A stretch of 36,117 nt of DNA from Candidatus Eiseniibacteriota bacterium (GTDB lineage: Bacteria; Eisenbacteria; RBG-16-71-46; JABDJR01; JAWXBZ01), in contig JAWXBZ010000129.1 of the NCBI GenBank assembly GCA_034440375.1, forward strand, positions 1 through 36,117. The letters are read 5' to 3'. Within the stretch, counting starts at the first letter, position 1. Each line of letters begins with the position of its first letter. Shown here piece by piece: positions 8,285 to 17,066 of this stretch. The position numbers were made by a program, and so were the translations under genes. The notes under the pieces are model-generated. The model was not told the origin of the DNA, searched no databases, and was given only the letters and a program-made list of their open reading frames with translations.

Positions 8285-9640
8285 ATGACCATGTCACGAT
8301 CCATGCTGGTGCTGGCAGTGCTGGGCCTTGCGGCCACGGGCTGCGGAAAAAATTCGACGAATCCGGCCGGGGAGGCCTCTCGAACGTCGGAGGTGGGAAA
8401 CTTCGGCGGTGCCGGGCCCAACGGCAACGACTGCGACGGCCTGCCGGTTGCACCCGAGAGCGATCGGGTCGATCTGTATCAACCGGTGTTTACCAACCCG
8501 CTCAATATCACGAACCCGCTGTTTCCGATCAGTATCCTCGATCGGGCCGTATTCCTGGGTACCGCGGACGGTGAGTCCTTCCGATCCGAAACGACTTTGC
8601 TCGCCGGGTCGAAGACGATCGTGATAAACGGCGAGGATGTCGAAACGCTGGTCTCGCAGTACGTGGCGTTCATTGATGGTCGAATTGAGGAGGTCGCCTA
8701 CGACTGGTACGCGCAGGATGACCTGGGCGCAGTCTGGTACCTGGGCGAGGACGTTTTCAACTACGACGACGGCGTTGTCGTGGATTTGAACGGCACCTGG
8801 CTGGCCGGCCGTGAGGGCCCGGCCGCCATGATCATGCCCGCCAATCCTCAGGTGGGAGACGTCTGGCGTCCCGAGAACGCCTGCGGCATCGTCTTCGAGG
8901 AGGTGATCGCCACGGCGATCAACGTGACCGTCGACGGGCCGAGCGGACAGGTTCCGGGCGCGCTCATGGTCTCGGAGCTCCACATGGACGCGACCTACGA
9001 GCCCAAGACATTCGCGCCGGGATACGGCGAGTTCTCCACGGGTTTTGGCGCCAATCTGGAAGCCCTCGTCGTGGCGATATCAACGGATGCCCTGCCGGGA
9101 GATGCCCCGGAAGCCCTCGACGATCTGTCGGATGGCGCGGACGATATCTTCACACTGGCGCAGTCGCGCCGCTGGTCGCAAGTGGCGGACGAATTCGAGG
9201 CGATGGAAGAGGCCTGGGAGGACCTGAAGCTCGGCGGTGTGCCGCCCGGGCTTGAGGCGTCAATGGACGATGCGCTCGAGGCGCTCGACGACGCCATTCA
9301 GTCCCGCAACCGCTCCGAAACCCGCCACGCGAGTCTCGACGTCGCGCTGTCCGTCACCGATCTCGAACTTCGGTATGACGATCGGTCGGAAATCGACGGG
9401 GACTTGATCGACATCTGGACTCGCCGCGTGATCGTCGACGCGCAGGCTCGTGATCGAGCCGGCGTCGTGGGAGATCTGGCGACGATTGGCATTATCCGGA
9501 AGCGGTTCGCGCCGGCAAACAGCGGACGAATCGACAGCGATCTGGCTTTGATGCAGCAGGCGGTCCACTCGACCGATCCCGACGAAATCGTGAACCATGC
9601 GGAGCGGCTTCGGGGAACCCTGGCCCTGGCTTCGCAATAA
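8285..9640 (+). CDS. Uncharacterised lipoprotein, DWYAQD..GAVWYLGE family, with acidic all-helical C-terminal extension
   Basis: Strong RBS; lipobox LAATGC; ITNPLFP, DWYAQDDLGAVWYLGEDV, GTWLAG, MIMPANPQVGD, KTFAPGYG; then roughly 180 aa of amphipathic helices. Confidence 0.8.
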   Translation: MTMSRSMLVLAVLGLAATGCGKNSTNPAGEASRTSEVGNFGGAGPNGNDCDGLPVAPESDRVDLYQPVFTNPLNITNPLFPISILDRAVFLGTADGESFRSETTLLAGSKTIVINGEDVETLVSQYVAFIDGRIEEVAYDWYAQDDLGAVWYLGEDVFNYDDGVVVDLNGTWLAGREGPAAMIMPANPQVGDVWRPENACGIVFEEVIATAINVTVDGPSGQVPGALMVSELHMDATYEPKTFAPGYGEFSTGFGANLEALVVAISTDALPGDAPEALDDLSDGADDIFTLAQSRRWSQVADEFEAMEEAWEDLKLGGVPPGLEASMDDALEALDDAIQSRNRSETRHASLDVALSVTDLELRYDDRSEIDGDLIDIWTRRVIVDAQARDRAGVVGDLATIGIIRKRFAPANSGRIDSDLALMQQAVHSTDPDEIVNHAERLRGTLALASQ

Positions 9641-9734
9641 CAACTGGAACTGATCGGGGGGCGGATGAGGTGGGCTTCCAATCGGAAGTTTCCCCGTCCG
9701 CCCCTCGTCGTTGGAAGAATCGACGACTTTGCGC

Positions 9735-11117
9735 TTACGGCCCGAGTCCGTCCGGAATTGCCTCGCCGGGGCGGAGGGCCCGCGGGGTCTGGCCGGCGCT
9801 GGTCGCGCCACGTTTCGGCGGTGCCATGAATGGCAGGAGGGCCAGTGGCAGGAGACCGGCGATGGAGTCGAGCACCAGCGTGGTCGGGTAGCCGAAGCGG
9901 GTGATCGCGAAGCCCTGCCAGGTCGAGGTGTAGGAGATGGCAAAGTTCTGCATGGCCATGTAGGCCGTGAATTGCGTGGCGGCCACGGCCGGTGTCGTGA
10001 TGTCCATGAACAGGGCCGACCGGATGCCGTAATAGAGGCCCTGGAAGACATTGTAGGAGAGCACGGCGATCCAGAAGGCGGTGACCAGCGGCGCCGGCAC
10101 CGGCGGGCGGTCGGGTGCATTGGCGGGAATCGAGTGGATCCAGTTGTGGGCCTGGAGCTGCCAGGCGAGATAAAGCGTCGGAACGGCCGTCAGCGAGATA
10201 AAGATCGCCAGGGTGCGCCGTCGGCCGAATCGATCCGAGAACCAGCCACCTGAAATGCAGGCCACGGCGAAGATGATTGTTGACCAGAGGCTGATGGTGG
10301 CCACCTGCTGGTCGTCGAAGCCAAGCTCGACAGCCAGCGTCGATTGCAGCGCCAGGCTCAAGGCGTAGGCCCCAAGCGGCAGGAGCGCGGACAGGACACC
10401 GACGAGCGCGGCGCGCGTACCGACAAAGGCGCGGTATGCGCTGACCACGAAGGCCCGCAAGTCGTTCGTCACCGCCCTGGCCCTCGAGCCGACGATCGCC
10501 GGTCGTACGGGGCCGGCCTTCTCCCGCAGCGGGAGGACGACGAAGATGGTCACCAGCAGAATGACCCCAATCACGAAAAAGTAAGTGGCCTGGAACGGCA
10601 TGATGCTGGTGAGAAAGAGCACCATCGCGCCGCCGATCGTCTGGCCGACCGAGGCGCCGCCAAACATGAAACCGTTGGCCACGCCCCGTTCCGATTCCGG
10701 GAGGACATTGCAGGCCAGAGCGTCGATGGCCACGTCCATGGTGGCCGCAAACGCGTTGTGGACGGCGATGACCAGGGTGAACATGGCCAGGCTGTTGACG
10801 AAGTCGATGGGGTAGGCAACCAGCAGCGTCAGGGCCATGCCGATCTGCATCAGGAGAATCCAGAGCCGGCGCCGGCCGAAACGATCGCTGGAAAAGGTGT
10901 CGACGAACGGGCCGGCGATCCACTTGAAAGCCCATGGGAGGTACAGCGAGCCGACGAAGGCGCCGATCATCTCGGGCCCCACCCCCTGGCGGCGCATCTG
11001 GGTGGCGATGGCCGTGGCCGTGAAGGCGAGAGGAATCCCCTCCGTCATATAGAGGAGGAAGAATGCAGCGAGCCGGCCGTTCCGAGTGGCAAGGAGGTCG
11101 GGAAATGGCAGTCGCAT
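9735..11117 (-). CDS. AmpG-family MFS transporter (muropeptide/acetyl-CoA transporter-like)
   Basis: LLYMTEGIP, LPWAFKW...PFVD..GRRRLW, ATMDVAIDAL and ATQFTAYMA are AmpG-family signatures; multiple TM helices. Confidence 0.85.
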   Translation of the reverse strand: MRLPFPDLLATRNGRLAAFFLLYMTEGIPLAFTATAIATQMRRQGVGPEMIGAFVGSLYLPWAFKWIAGPFVDTFSSDRFGRRRLWILLMQIGMALTLLVAYPIDFVNSLAMFTLVIAVHNAFAATMDVAIDALACNVLPESERGVANGFMFGGASVGQTIGGAMVLFLTSIMPFQATYFFVIGVILLVTIFVVLPLREKAGPVRPAIVGSRARAVTNDLRAFVVSAYRAFVGTRAALVGVLSALLPLGAYALSLALQSTLAVELGFDDQQVATISLWSTIIFAVACISGGWFSDRFGRRRTLAIFISLTAVPTLYLAWQLQAHNWIHSIPANAPDRPPVPAPLVTAFWIAVLSYNVFQGLYYGIRSALFMDITTPAVAATQFTAYMAMQNFAISYTSTWQGFAITRFGYPTTLVLDSIAGLLPLALLPFMAPPKRGATSAGQTPRALRPGEAIPDGLGP

Positions 11118-11139
11118 GGCGGTAGGGTACAATTATCCC

Positions 11140-12159
11140 ATGCGCCCTGCCCACCCTGTCCGGTTGCTTCCACTGGCAATGATCGTCCTCCTCGCCCTCC
11201 CGGCCGAGGGGTGGGCCTGGGGTTATTCCGTTCACCGCCTGATCAATCGGAACGCCATAGCCAACCTGCCGGCGGATTTCCAGCTGTTTGGCCAGTGGGC
11301 GACCGACCTCGAGGCGCTGGCCACGGCCGCCGACGAGCGGAAGTGCTGCGTGGCCGGCGAGAACATCCGGCACTACATCGACATTGATGATTACTCGGAG
11401 TTTCACGCCGGCACGTTTCCCCATGGATACCCGGATGCGGTCAGCCGCTACGGAGTGTCGCGTCTCGAATCGAACGGCATCGGACCATGGGCGCTCGAAA
11501 CCAGCTACGGCCAGATGGTGGCCGCATTTGCCGACGGGAATTGGACGGCCGCCGTGGCCGCCGCAGGTGACATCGGGCACTACGCTGGCGACCTGCACCA
11601 ACCGCTCCATCTCACGACCAATTTTGACGGCCAGGAGTCCGGCCAGAGCGGGGTCCATTCCCGCTACGAATCGCGCATGACGGGGCGGCATATGGCGGAG
11701 TTCACGCCGTTTCCCGGCGCGGCAAGTCTCCTGTCGAACCCGCTCGAACGGGTCTTCGATTGGATTGGAACGACCTACCCCGGCGTCAATCGAATCCTCG
11801 CCGCCGATCGGGCGGCGAAGAACGCGGCCGGCGGGAGCACCTCCAGCGACGCCTACTACAATGTGCTCTGGGAAGAGATCGGACAGGACACCTGGTACTG
11901 GATCGGTGGCGCCTCACTGGATATCGCCGCACTCTGGTACACGGCCTGGGTCGAGGCCGGCTCACCGGCCCTGCCAGGTTCAATTCCGGTGAGCCCCACC
12001 ACCTGGAGCCGGATCAAGGGCCTGATGCTCTCCTCCTCCTCCCCGGACGGCGGACAATTGCGCCACCTCGGGGCAAATCACCCGGATGGGGACGGATTTG
12101 CCGACCCCGAATACACTGGGACTGCCCGATCCGGTCCCATCGGCCGATCATGTGAATGA
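11140..12159 (+). CDS. Secreted S1/P1 nuclease / zinc-dependent phospholipase C-family protein
   Basis: Signal peptide ending GWA, then mature W-G-x-x-x-H; AAD, HYIDID, GHYAGDLHQPLH and GVHSRYE supply the zinc ligands. Confidence 0.85.
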   Translation: MRPAHPVRLLPLAMIVLLALPAEGWAWGYSVHRLINRNAIANLPADFQLFGQWATDLEALATAADERKCCVAGENIRHYIDIDDYSEFHAGTFPHGYPDAVSRYGVSRLESNGIGPWALETSYGQMVAAFADGNWTAAVAAAGDIGHYAGDLHQPLHLTTNFDGQESGQSGVHSRYESRMTGRHMAEFTPFPGAASLLSNPLERVFDWIGTTYPGVNRILAADRAAKNAAGGSTSSDAYYNVLWEEIGQDTWYWIGGASLDIAALWYTAWVEAGSPALPGSIPVSPTTWSRIKGLMLSSSSPDGGQLRHLGANHPDGDGFADPEYTGTARSGPIGRSCE

Positions 12160-12241
12160 CAGCAGTCTGTTCGGCGTCTTTCGATCCAGCGGTTGCCAGG
12201 TCGGCTCCCATGAGGCCTTGCTTGACGACAGGAGTTCAACG

Positions 12242-12793
12242 ATGAAGAGGTTTTCAACCGGCATCCTGATGATGGCGCTGCTTTCGACAGCTGCCATGGC
12301 GGTTGCGGCCGCCGACGTTGACGCACCCGAAATCTCACGCTCCCGCGGCAGCCGTGGCAGTGTCGTCGTCCTCTGGCCGCGTATCATCCCGGCCGATGAC
12401 AGTCCCGAGACGCAGCAACTGGCGCGCGCCGTTCAGGCGAACCTGGTATCCATGGTGCGCACCACGTTCCCCGGACGCGACATCGATGTGCGCCCGGCGC
12501 CGGAACGCGTCTGTCCGATGGGTGGCTGCGACGGGGCCGCGGTCGGCGCCCTGCTGCTGCTTCGCGAAGATGGATGCGCCGTGATCGCCCTGGTCAGCCA
12601 GCCCGGCACCGTACCGATGACCCTGGTTCCCTGGGCAGGCGACGTTCGATTGCGCGGCACGCGGATCCCGTTCCGCCAGCATCCCGAGAACTGGGTGACG
12701 GTGACCGACTTCGCCCGCCGCGATCAATTGCCAGCCGCCCTCGAAATCAACGACGAGGCCGTCATCCAGGCCATCCGTCGGATCGCTCCCTAG
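12242..12793 (+). CDS. Secreted hypothetical protein with conserved-looking Cys residues
   Basis: AGGAG RBS; signal peptide MKRFSTGILMMALLSTAAMA; LWPR and PERVCP..GC motifs. No function recognised. Confidence 0.65.
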   Translation: MKRFSTGILMMALLSTAAMAVAAADVDAPEISRSRGSRGSVVVLWPRIIPADDSPETQQLARAVQANLVSMVRTTFPGRDIDVRPAPERVCPMGGCDGAAVGALLLLREDGCAVIALVSQPGTVPMTLVPWAGDVRLRGTRIPFRQHPENWVTVTDFARRDQLPAALEINDEAVIQAIRRIAP

Positions 12794-12813
12794 GGAAGTA
12801 CGATCGATCGACA

Positions 12814-12834
12814 GGCCGACCTGAATCGTCGGCC
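12814..12834. terminator. Short hairpin between convergent genes
   Basis: GGCCGAC-ctgaatc-GTCGGCC, a perfect 7-bp stem. Confidence 0.4.
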
Positions 12835-12850
12835 CCCGGTTTCGAACTGT

Positions 12851-14812
12851 CTAGCCCCCGCCGGCCCGACAGGCCTCGCGAACCGCCACCGTCAACGGGT
12901 CATCAAGATCGGCCCCATCCAGGACCTGATGCGCCCGCTTGAAGGCCACCCGGGCCTCCTCCTGGCGGCCGTCCAGTTCGAGCACCCGACCGAACCACCA
13001 GTTGGCGGTCGGATCGTCGGGGTTTCGGGCCAGAGTGGCTTCGAGGCGCCGGATGGCTTCCTCGCGCCGACCCGCCTCCACGAGTGTTTCGATGGACTCC
13101 CTCTCGATCCGCAGCCGGGCCTCCCACGACGTGGCGGCGGTCAGCGCCGCGTCCAGTCGTTCGACCGCCTCGCCGGGTTGCCCCTCGGCGCGACTTACCA
13201 ATCCCTGCATCTCGAACAGCAGGCCGTGATTGGAGGCTTGGGCGCGATCCGGCCCCTTGAGGGATTCCGGCTTCTGCACGGCCGCCTGGAGATCGTGCAG
13301 TCCCGCGCGCGCCGCGGACAGGTCGCCGGCGGCGAGCGCCACGCGGGTCATGAGGGCCAGGCCGGCCGACGTCAATGAAAACTCGGTTCGGTGCGCCGCG
13401 AGGAGCCGGGTTGCCTCGACAATCCGGCCGGCACGAAGATGAAGCAGGATTTCCGTGCGACTCCAGTTGATGTCTTCCGGCGCGTTCTTCGACGAATCGC
13501 GTGCGCGCTGAATGGCAAATATGGCGGCTTCCCAGCGGCCGAGTTCCGCGTTGGCCAACGCCAGGTGGTAGTAGGCCCATGAGAAATCCGGTTTGATCAC
13601 GATGGCGGACTCGATCTGGGCGAGGGCTTTTCGGTAGCGGCCGGTCCGCAGGTAGAATTCGCCGAGGCTGTCGTGGGGGTTGGCCTGATCTCCGAACTGA
13701 AAGGCGTACTTCTCGAACGCCTCCTCGGCCTCGAGCCAGTGACCCAGGTCGGCCTCGGCGTAGCCGATCAGATTCCAGACCTCCGGCAGTTCTGGGTCGA
13801 GCCGCTGCGCCTTCTCCAGGTCGGCCAGGGCCATTTCCGGTCGCCCTTCATTCAGGTGCTGACTGCCCGATACGAGGAGAACCTCCGCATCGTCGGCGAA
13901 TCTGCGGATCATCTCGGCCTCGATGCCGCGCTCGTCGTCCTCGCGATCTTCAAGATCGGCCCCCAGCCGGTGGATTTCGAGCCGTTCCTTTTCCGAGACG
14001 CGCGCTTCTTCCGCCTGCGCGCGGCGATACCACGACACGGCATCCTCATCATCACCCAGTTCGTGGGCCAGCTGTCCCAGCCGAACCATCGCCATGGCAA
14101 AATGCGGGTCCTCTTCGAGAGCCATCTGCCAGGCCGTGCGCGCCTCACTTTCGTAGTACTTTCGGTTGGCCCGGACACCATCCCGGTAATAGACGAGAGC
14201 CTGGCTCGAACGGGTCGTCAGGTTGCGGCGGAGCGGGGAGGTCCATCCGACCGTGATGGACCGGCCACGGGCCAGGAGCCGATCGAGCGGAGCGAAGAAT
14301 GTCGGCGGTCCAAAGCCGACATGAAGCGTCCCAAGTCGACCGGCGCCGGCGGAACCCGGGTTGACCAGGTCGGTGGTCAAAAGGGGGCGACTCAGGTTGT
14401 GGGCTGATCCCCCGCCCGCCATCTGGAGTCGCGACCAGGATTCGGTGGCGGGCTGCCAGGCCAGTCGGACGATTTCTCTGCGGATGGCCGGAGCATCGGT
14501 GGCGTCTTCGGCCACTTCCGCAATGGTTTGTCCGTCCGCGTCCTGAATGAGGACCCACTGTACTTCGGTGCGTGCCAGGGCGCCCGCCGTGATGCTGGTC
14601 ACCGCGCGCAGGTCATTGTTTGCCAGGTGAAATACGACCTGACGTCCCAGGGACTCCACAAAGATTCGAGCCGATTCGGGCGGGCGTTCGCCCAGGGTGT
14701 TGCGGGTGGCACAGCCGCCGAGTCCGAGACCGGCAAGGGCCACGATCGACGTAAGCCAACCGGCAAGGATCCGGTGACGACTGGGCGCGACAAGTGGCGG
14801 AGCGGTTGTCAT
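12851..14812 (-). CDS. Putative lipoprotein with N-terminal sensor-like domain and multiple TPR repeats (start uncertain)
   Basis: Lipobox LGGC after a hydrophobic stretch; TPR patterns ALEEDPHFAMA, LDPELPEVWNLIGY, ANPHDSLGEFY, KPDFSWAYY. Confidence 0.75.
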   Translation of the reverse strand: MTTAPPLVAPSRHRILAGWLTSIVALAGLGLGGCATRNTLGERPPESARIFVESLGRQVVFHLANNDLRAVTSITAGALARTEVQWVLIQDADGQTIAEVAEDATDAPAIRREIVRLAWQPATESWSRLQMAGGGSAHNLSRPLLTTDLVNPGSAGAGRLGTLHVGFGPPTFFAPLDRLLARGRSITVGWTSPLRRNLTTRSSQALVYYRDGVRANRKYYESEARTAWQMALEEDPHFAMAMVRLGQLAHELGDDEDAVSWYRRAQAEEARVSEKERLEIHRLGADLEDREDDERGIEAEMIRRFADDAEVLLVSGSQHLNEGRPEMALADLEKAQRLDPELPEVWNLIGYAEADLGHWLEAEEAFEKYAFQFGDQANPHDSLGEFYLRTGRYRKALAQIESAIVIKPDFSWAYYHLALANAELGRWEAAIFAIQRARDSSKNAPEDINWSRTEILLHLRAGRIVEATRLLAAHRTEFSLTSAGLALMTRVALAAGDLSAARAGLHDLQAAVQKPESLKGPDRAQASNHGLLFEMQGLVSRAEGQPGEAVERLDAALTAATSWEARLRIERESIETLVEAGRREEAIRRLEATLARNPDDPTANWWFGRVLELDGRQEEARVAFKRAHQVLDGADLDDPLTVAVREACRAGGG

Positions 14813-15155
14813 GATGCGGCTGCATCCCGTGGCGGTGGTGCCCCTGGCCACCGCGAGTTCGGCCGCCATTGAATTGAATTGTCGGCACCCCGGGCGAGCA
14901 ACTGAGGGATCGGCGGGTGGGGGGCCGAGCACTCGGCCCGACCCGATGAGGCGACCACTCGAAATAGTTTCGTAAGTTATTGCAGTATAATGAATTAGTG
15001 GGTAGCAGCTGGCCTGCTCTCGATTACCGAAATTTGGCCGTGGCACGAAACGATTACGACACCATCGACACCCTGTTCGCCGATCAAGCCGTGCAGCGTT
15101 TTGGCCGCCCGGATCGTCAAACGAAGCGTCCAAGGCACCGACCTCAAGGGATCAG

Positions 15156-15365
15156 ATGAACGACCAGTCGCTGATATCACTAATACTGGCCGGCGATGTT
15201 GGTGCCGAGCGGCAGCTCTATGACGCGAATGTTGATCGGATTTATCGGTTGGCCTGTCGGATGACCGGAGATCCACTTCATGCGGAGGATCTGACCCAGG
15301 AGTCATTCATCCGGGCGTTCAGCCGCCTGGACGGCTTTCGGGGTGATGCGGCGTTCAGCACCTGG
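15156..15365 (+). pseudogene. Truncated ECF sigma factor (region 2 only)
   Basis: LYDANVDRIYRLACRMTGD...AEDLTQESFIRAFSRLDGFRGDAAFSTW, after which similarity stops abruptly. No region 4. Confidence 0.8.
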
Positions 15366-15664
15366 CCCGGGATCCGAAGGAATCCATGGAGGTGCGGAAG
15401 AACGCCATCTTCTGGCTCGGCCAATCCGGAGCGCTCGGTGCCGTTGAACTCAAGCAGATCTATCGAGCCTCCAGTGACGCCGAGATGAAAGAACAGATCA
15501 TCTTCGTGGCCTCGCAGCAGTCGAGCAAGGCGGCGGTCGACCTGCTTCTTGAAATTGCCAGGGCTGATCCCGACAACGAGATGCGCCGTCGGGCCATCTT
15601 CTGGCTCGGTCAGTCGGGTGACGAGCGGGCCCTGAAGTATCTCGAATCGCTCGTGGGTGAGTAA
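15365..15664 (+). pseudogene. C-terminal fragment of a HEAT-repeat protein
   Basis: EVRKNAIFWLGQ..EMKEQIIF..LLEIARADPDNEMRRRAIFWLGQSGDERA. Begins at the point where the sigma similarity ends, in a different frame. Confidence 0.7.
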
Positions 15665-16166
15665 TGCGTGCGCTGTTTGGGACGCTTGGAGCAAGTCTCG
15701 TGGCGGTCCTCGCGATCGTCCTGGTGATGACGCTCGTGGCGCCTTCGCAGAGCTTGACGGCGGCGGCTGACCGGGATGCGGCAGACCCGGCCACCCCGCA
15801 CGGTGGCGGTGCGATTGCCAAAAAAGTTCGCGCAGCCGGCACTGGCAGGGTGGTCTTCCGTCATGACACCTGGCCCGATGTCTAAGGCGACGACAAGGGA
15901 AATCTGAATCGACAGAATCAGTTTCACGGTGACTTCGTGGATGTTGACAAGCTTCGCGGGAACCAGTGGCGGGACAGTGGAAACTGGACGCAGGGGCCGC
16001 TGGCGGTTGTTCTCACACTGCGGCATGGACAGGTGACGCGGTTGAAGATCGGCATCGGCGAGAGCCGGTGGCACCACGCGGACAACGATCAGCCCTTTTC
16101 TGGCTGGCTCAGCACGACGACCCCAAGGTCATCGACCTCTTCGAGGAGTTGCTGATGGGGGATTGA
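15664..16166 (+). pseudogene. Disrupted secreted HEAT-repeat protein
   Basis: TAATG-coupled start and signal peptide; in-frame TAA at 15883-15885 with plausible coding continuing (GDDKG..GPLAVVLTLRHGQVTRL); frame change near 16070-16090 into the HEAT C-terminus RSALFWLAQHDDPKVIDLFEELL. Confidence 0.7.
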
Positions 16167-16272
16167 CGATTTGAAGTTGCCTCGGACGGGGCGTATGGTA
16201 AGAGTCGGTTCGGGGCCGCGCCCGCCGCCAACGATATGCGCAACTTTGCACGCAAACCCCTGGAGGCACGAC

Positions 16273-16578
16273 ATGGGACTCCTCGACAAGATACTTGGAA
16301 GAAAAGAACCGAAAAAACCGGCGGATTTTTCGGATGTCCGCAGCGGCAGCAGCTCGACCGCGCCGGCCACGGCACCAACACCGACGGCTTCACCAACCTC
16401 GCGAACCTACACCGTCGTGGCCGGCGACAGCCTGTCGAAGATTGCCAAGCGTGAGTATGGTGACGGCAACAAGTGGCCGACCATCTTCGAGGCAAACCGC
16501 GACAAGCTCAAGAACCCCGACCTGATCCATCCCGGCCAGGTCCTCGTTATTCCAGCTCTCTCGGACGGCGGGCGATGA
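16273..16578 (+). CDS. Small LysM-domain protein (Kbp/YgaU-like LysM, no BON domain)
   Basis: GGAGG RBS; TYTVVAGDSLSKIAKREYGDGNKW..IFEANRD.L.NPDLIHPGQVL.IP. Confidence 0.9.
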   Translation: MGLLDKILGRKEPKKPADFSDVRSGSSSTAPATAPTPTASPTSRTYTVVAGDSLSKIAKREYGDGNKWPTIFEANRDKLKNPDLIHPGQVLVIPALSDGGR

Positions 16579-17033
16579 TGAAACTCTTTCCCGCCACCCG
16601 GCTCGCCCTGATCTTCGCGCTCGTCGGCACGCTTGGCGCCACCGCCTGCGGCAAGAAAGCCGACACGACCTCCAGGAATCCGCCGCCGGCCGCCATGCCG
16701 GCCGCCCTTCATGTCATGGGAGTAACGCTCGGCCGTACGATCGGTCCGGACAAGCGGATCATCAACGCCAGCCAGCAGTTCTCGCCGACGGAAACCATCT
16801 ACGCCTCGGTCGAAACAATGGGCAGCGCCACTGCCGCCACTCTTGCGGCCCGCTGGACCTTTGAGGATGGTCAACTCGTCGACCAATCGTCGCAGGCCAT
16901 CGCCCCGACCGGCCCTGCCATCACGGAGTTTCATATTTCGAAACCGAGCGGCTGGCCGTCGGGCAAGTACAAGCTGGAGATTCTGCTGGACGGAAAATCA
17001 GCCGGGACGAAGGAGTTCACGATCGCCAGTTGA
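16575..17033 (+). CDS. Hypothetical lipoprotein with Ig-like beta-sandwich
   Basis: ATGA overlap with the LysM gene; lipobox ATAC; F.PTETIYASV..ARW..EFHISKPSGWP.GKY.LEI.LDG. Confidence 0.8.
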   Translation: MMKLFPATRLALIFALVGTLGATACGKKADTTSRNPPPAAMPAALHVMGVTLGRTIGPDKRIINASQQFSPTETIYASVETMGSATAATLAARWTFEDGQLVDQSSQAIAPTGPAITEFHISKPSGWPSGKYKLEILLDGKSAGTKEFTIAS

Positions 17034-17066
17034 CCACGATGACGGAACCAGGGGGGAGGCACGAAC

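Noticed and set aside
9298-11691. 797-aa minus-strand ORF
   Set aside because: Arg/Pro/Gly-rich alternate-frame shadow overlapping the AmpG-like, nuclease and lipoprotein genes; no recognisable motifs.
14813-15133. N-terminal 107 aa of the TPR ORF
   Set aside because: Crosses an AT-rich promoter-like region; the signal peptide and lipobox fit a start near 14812.
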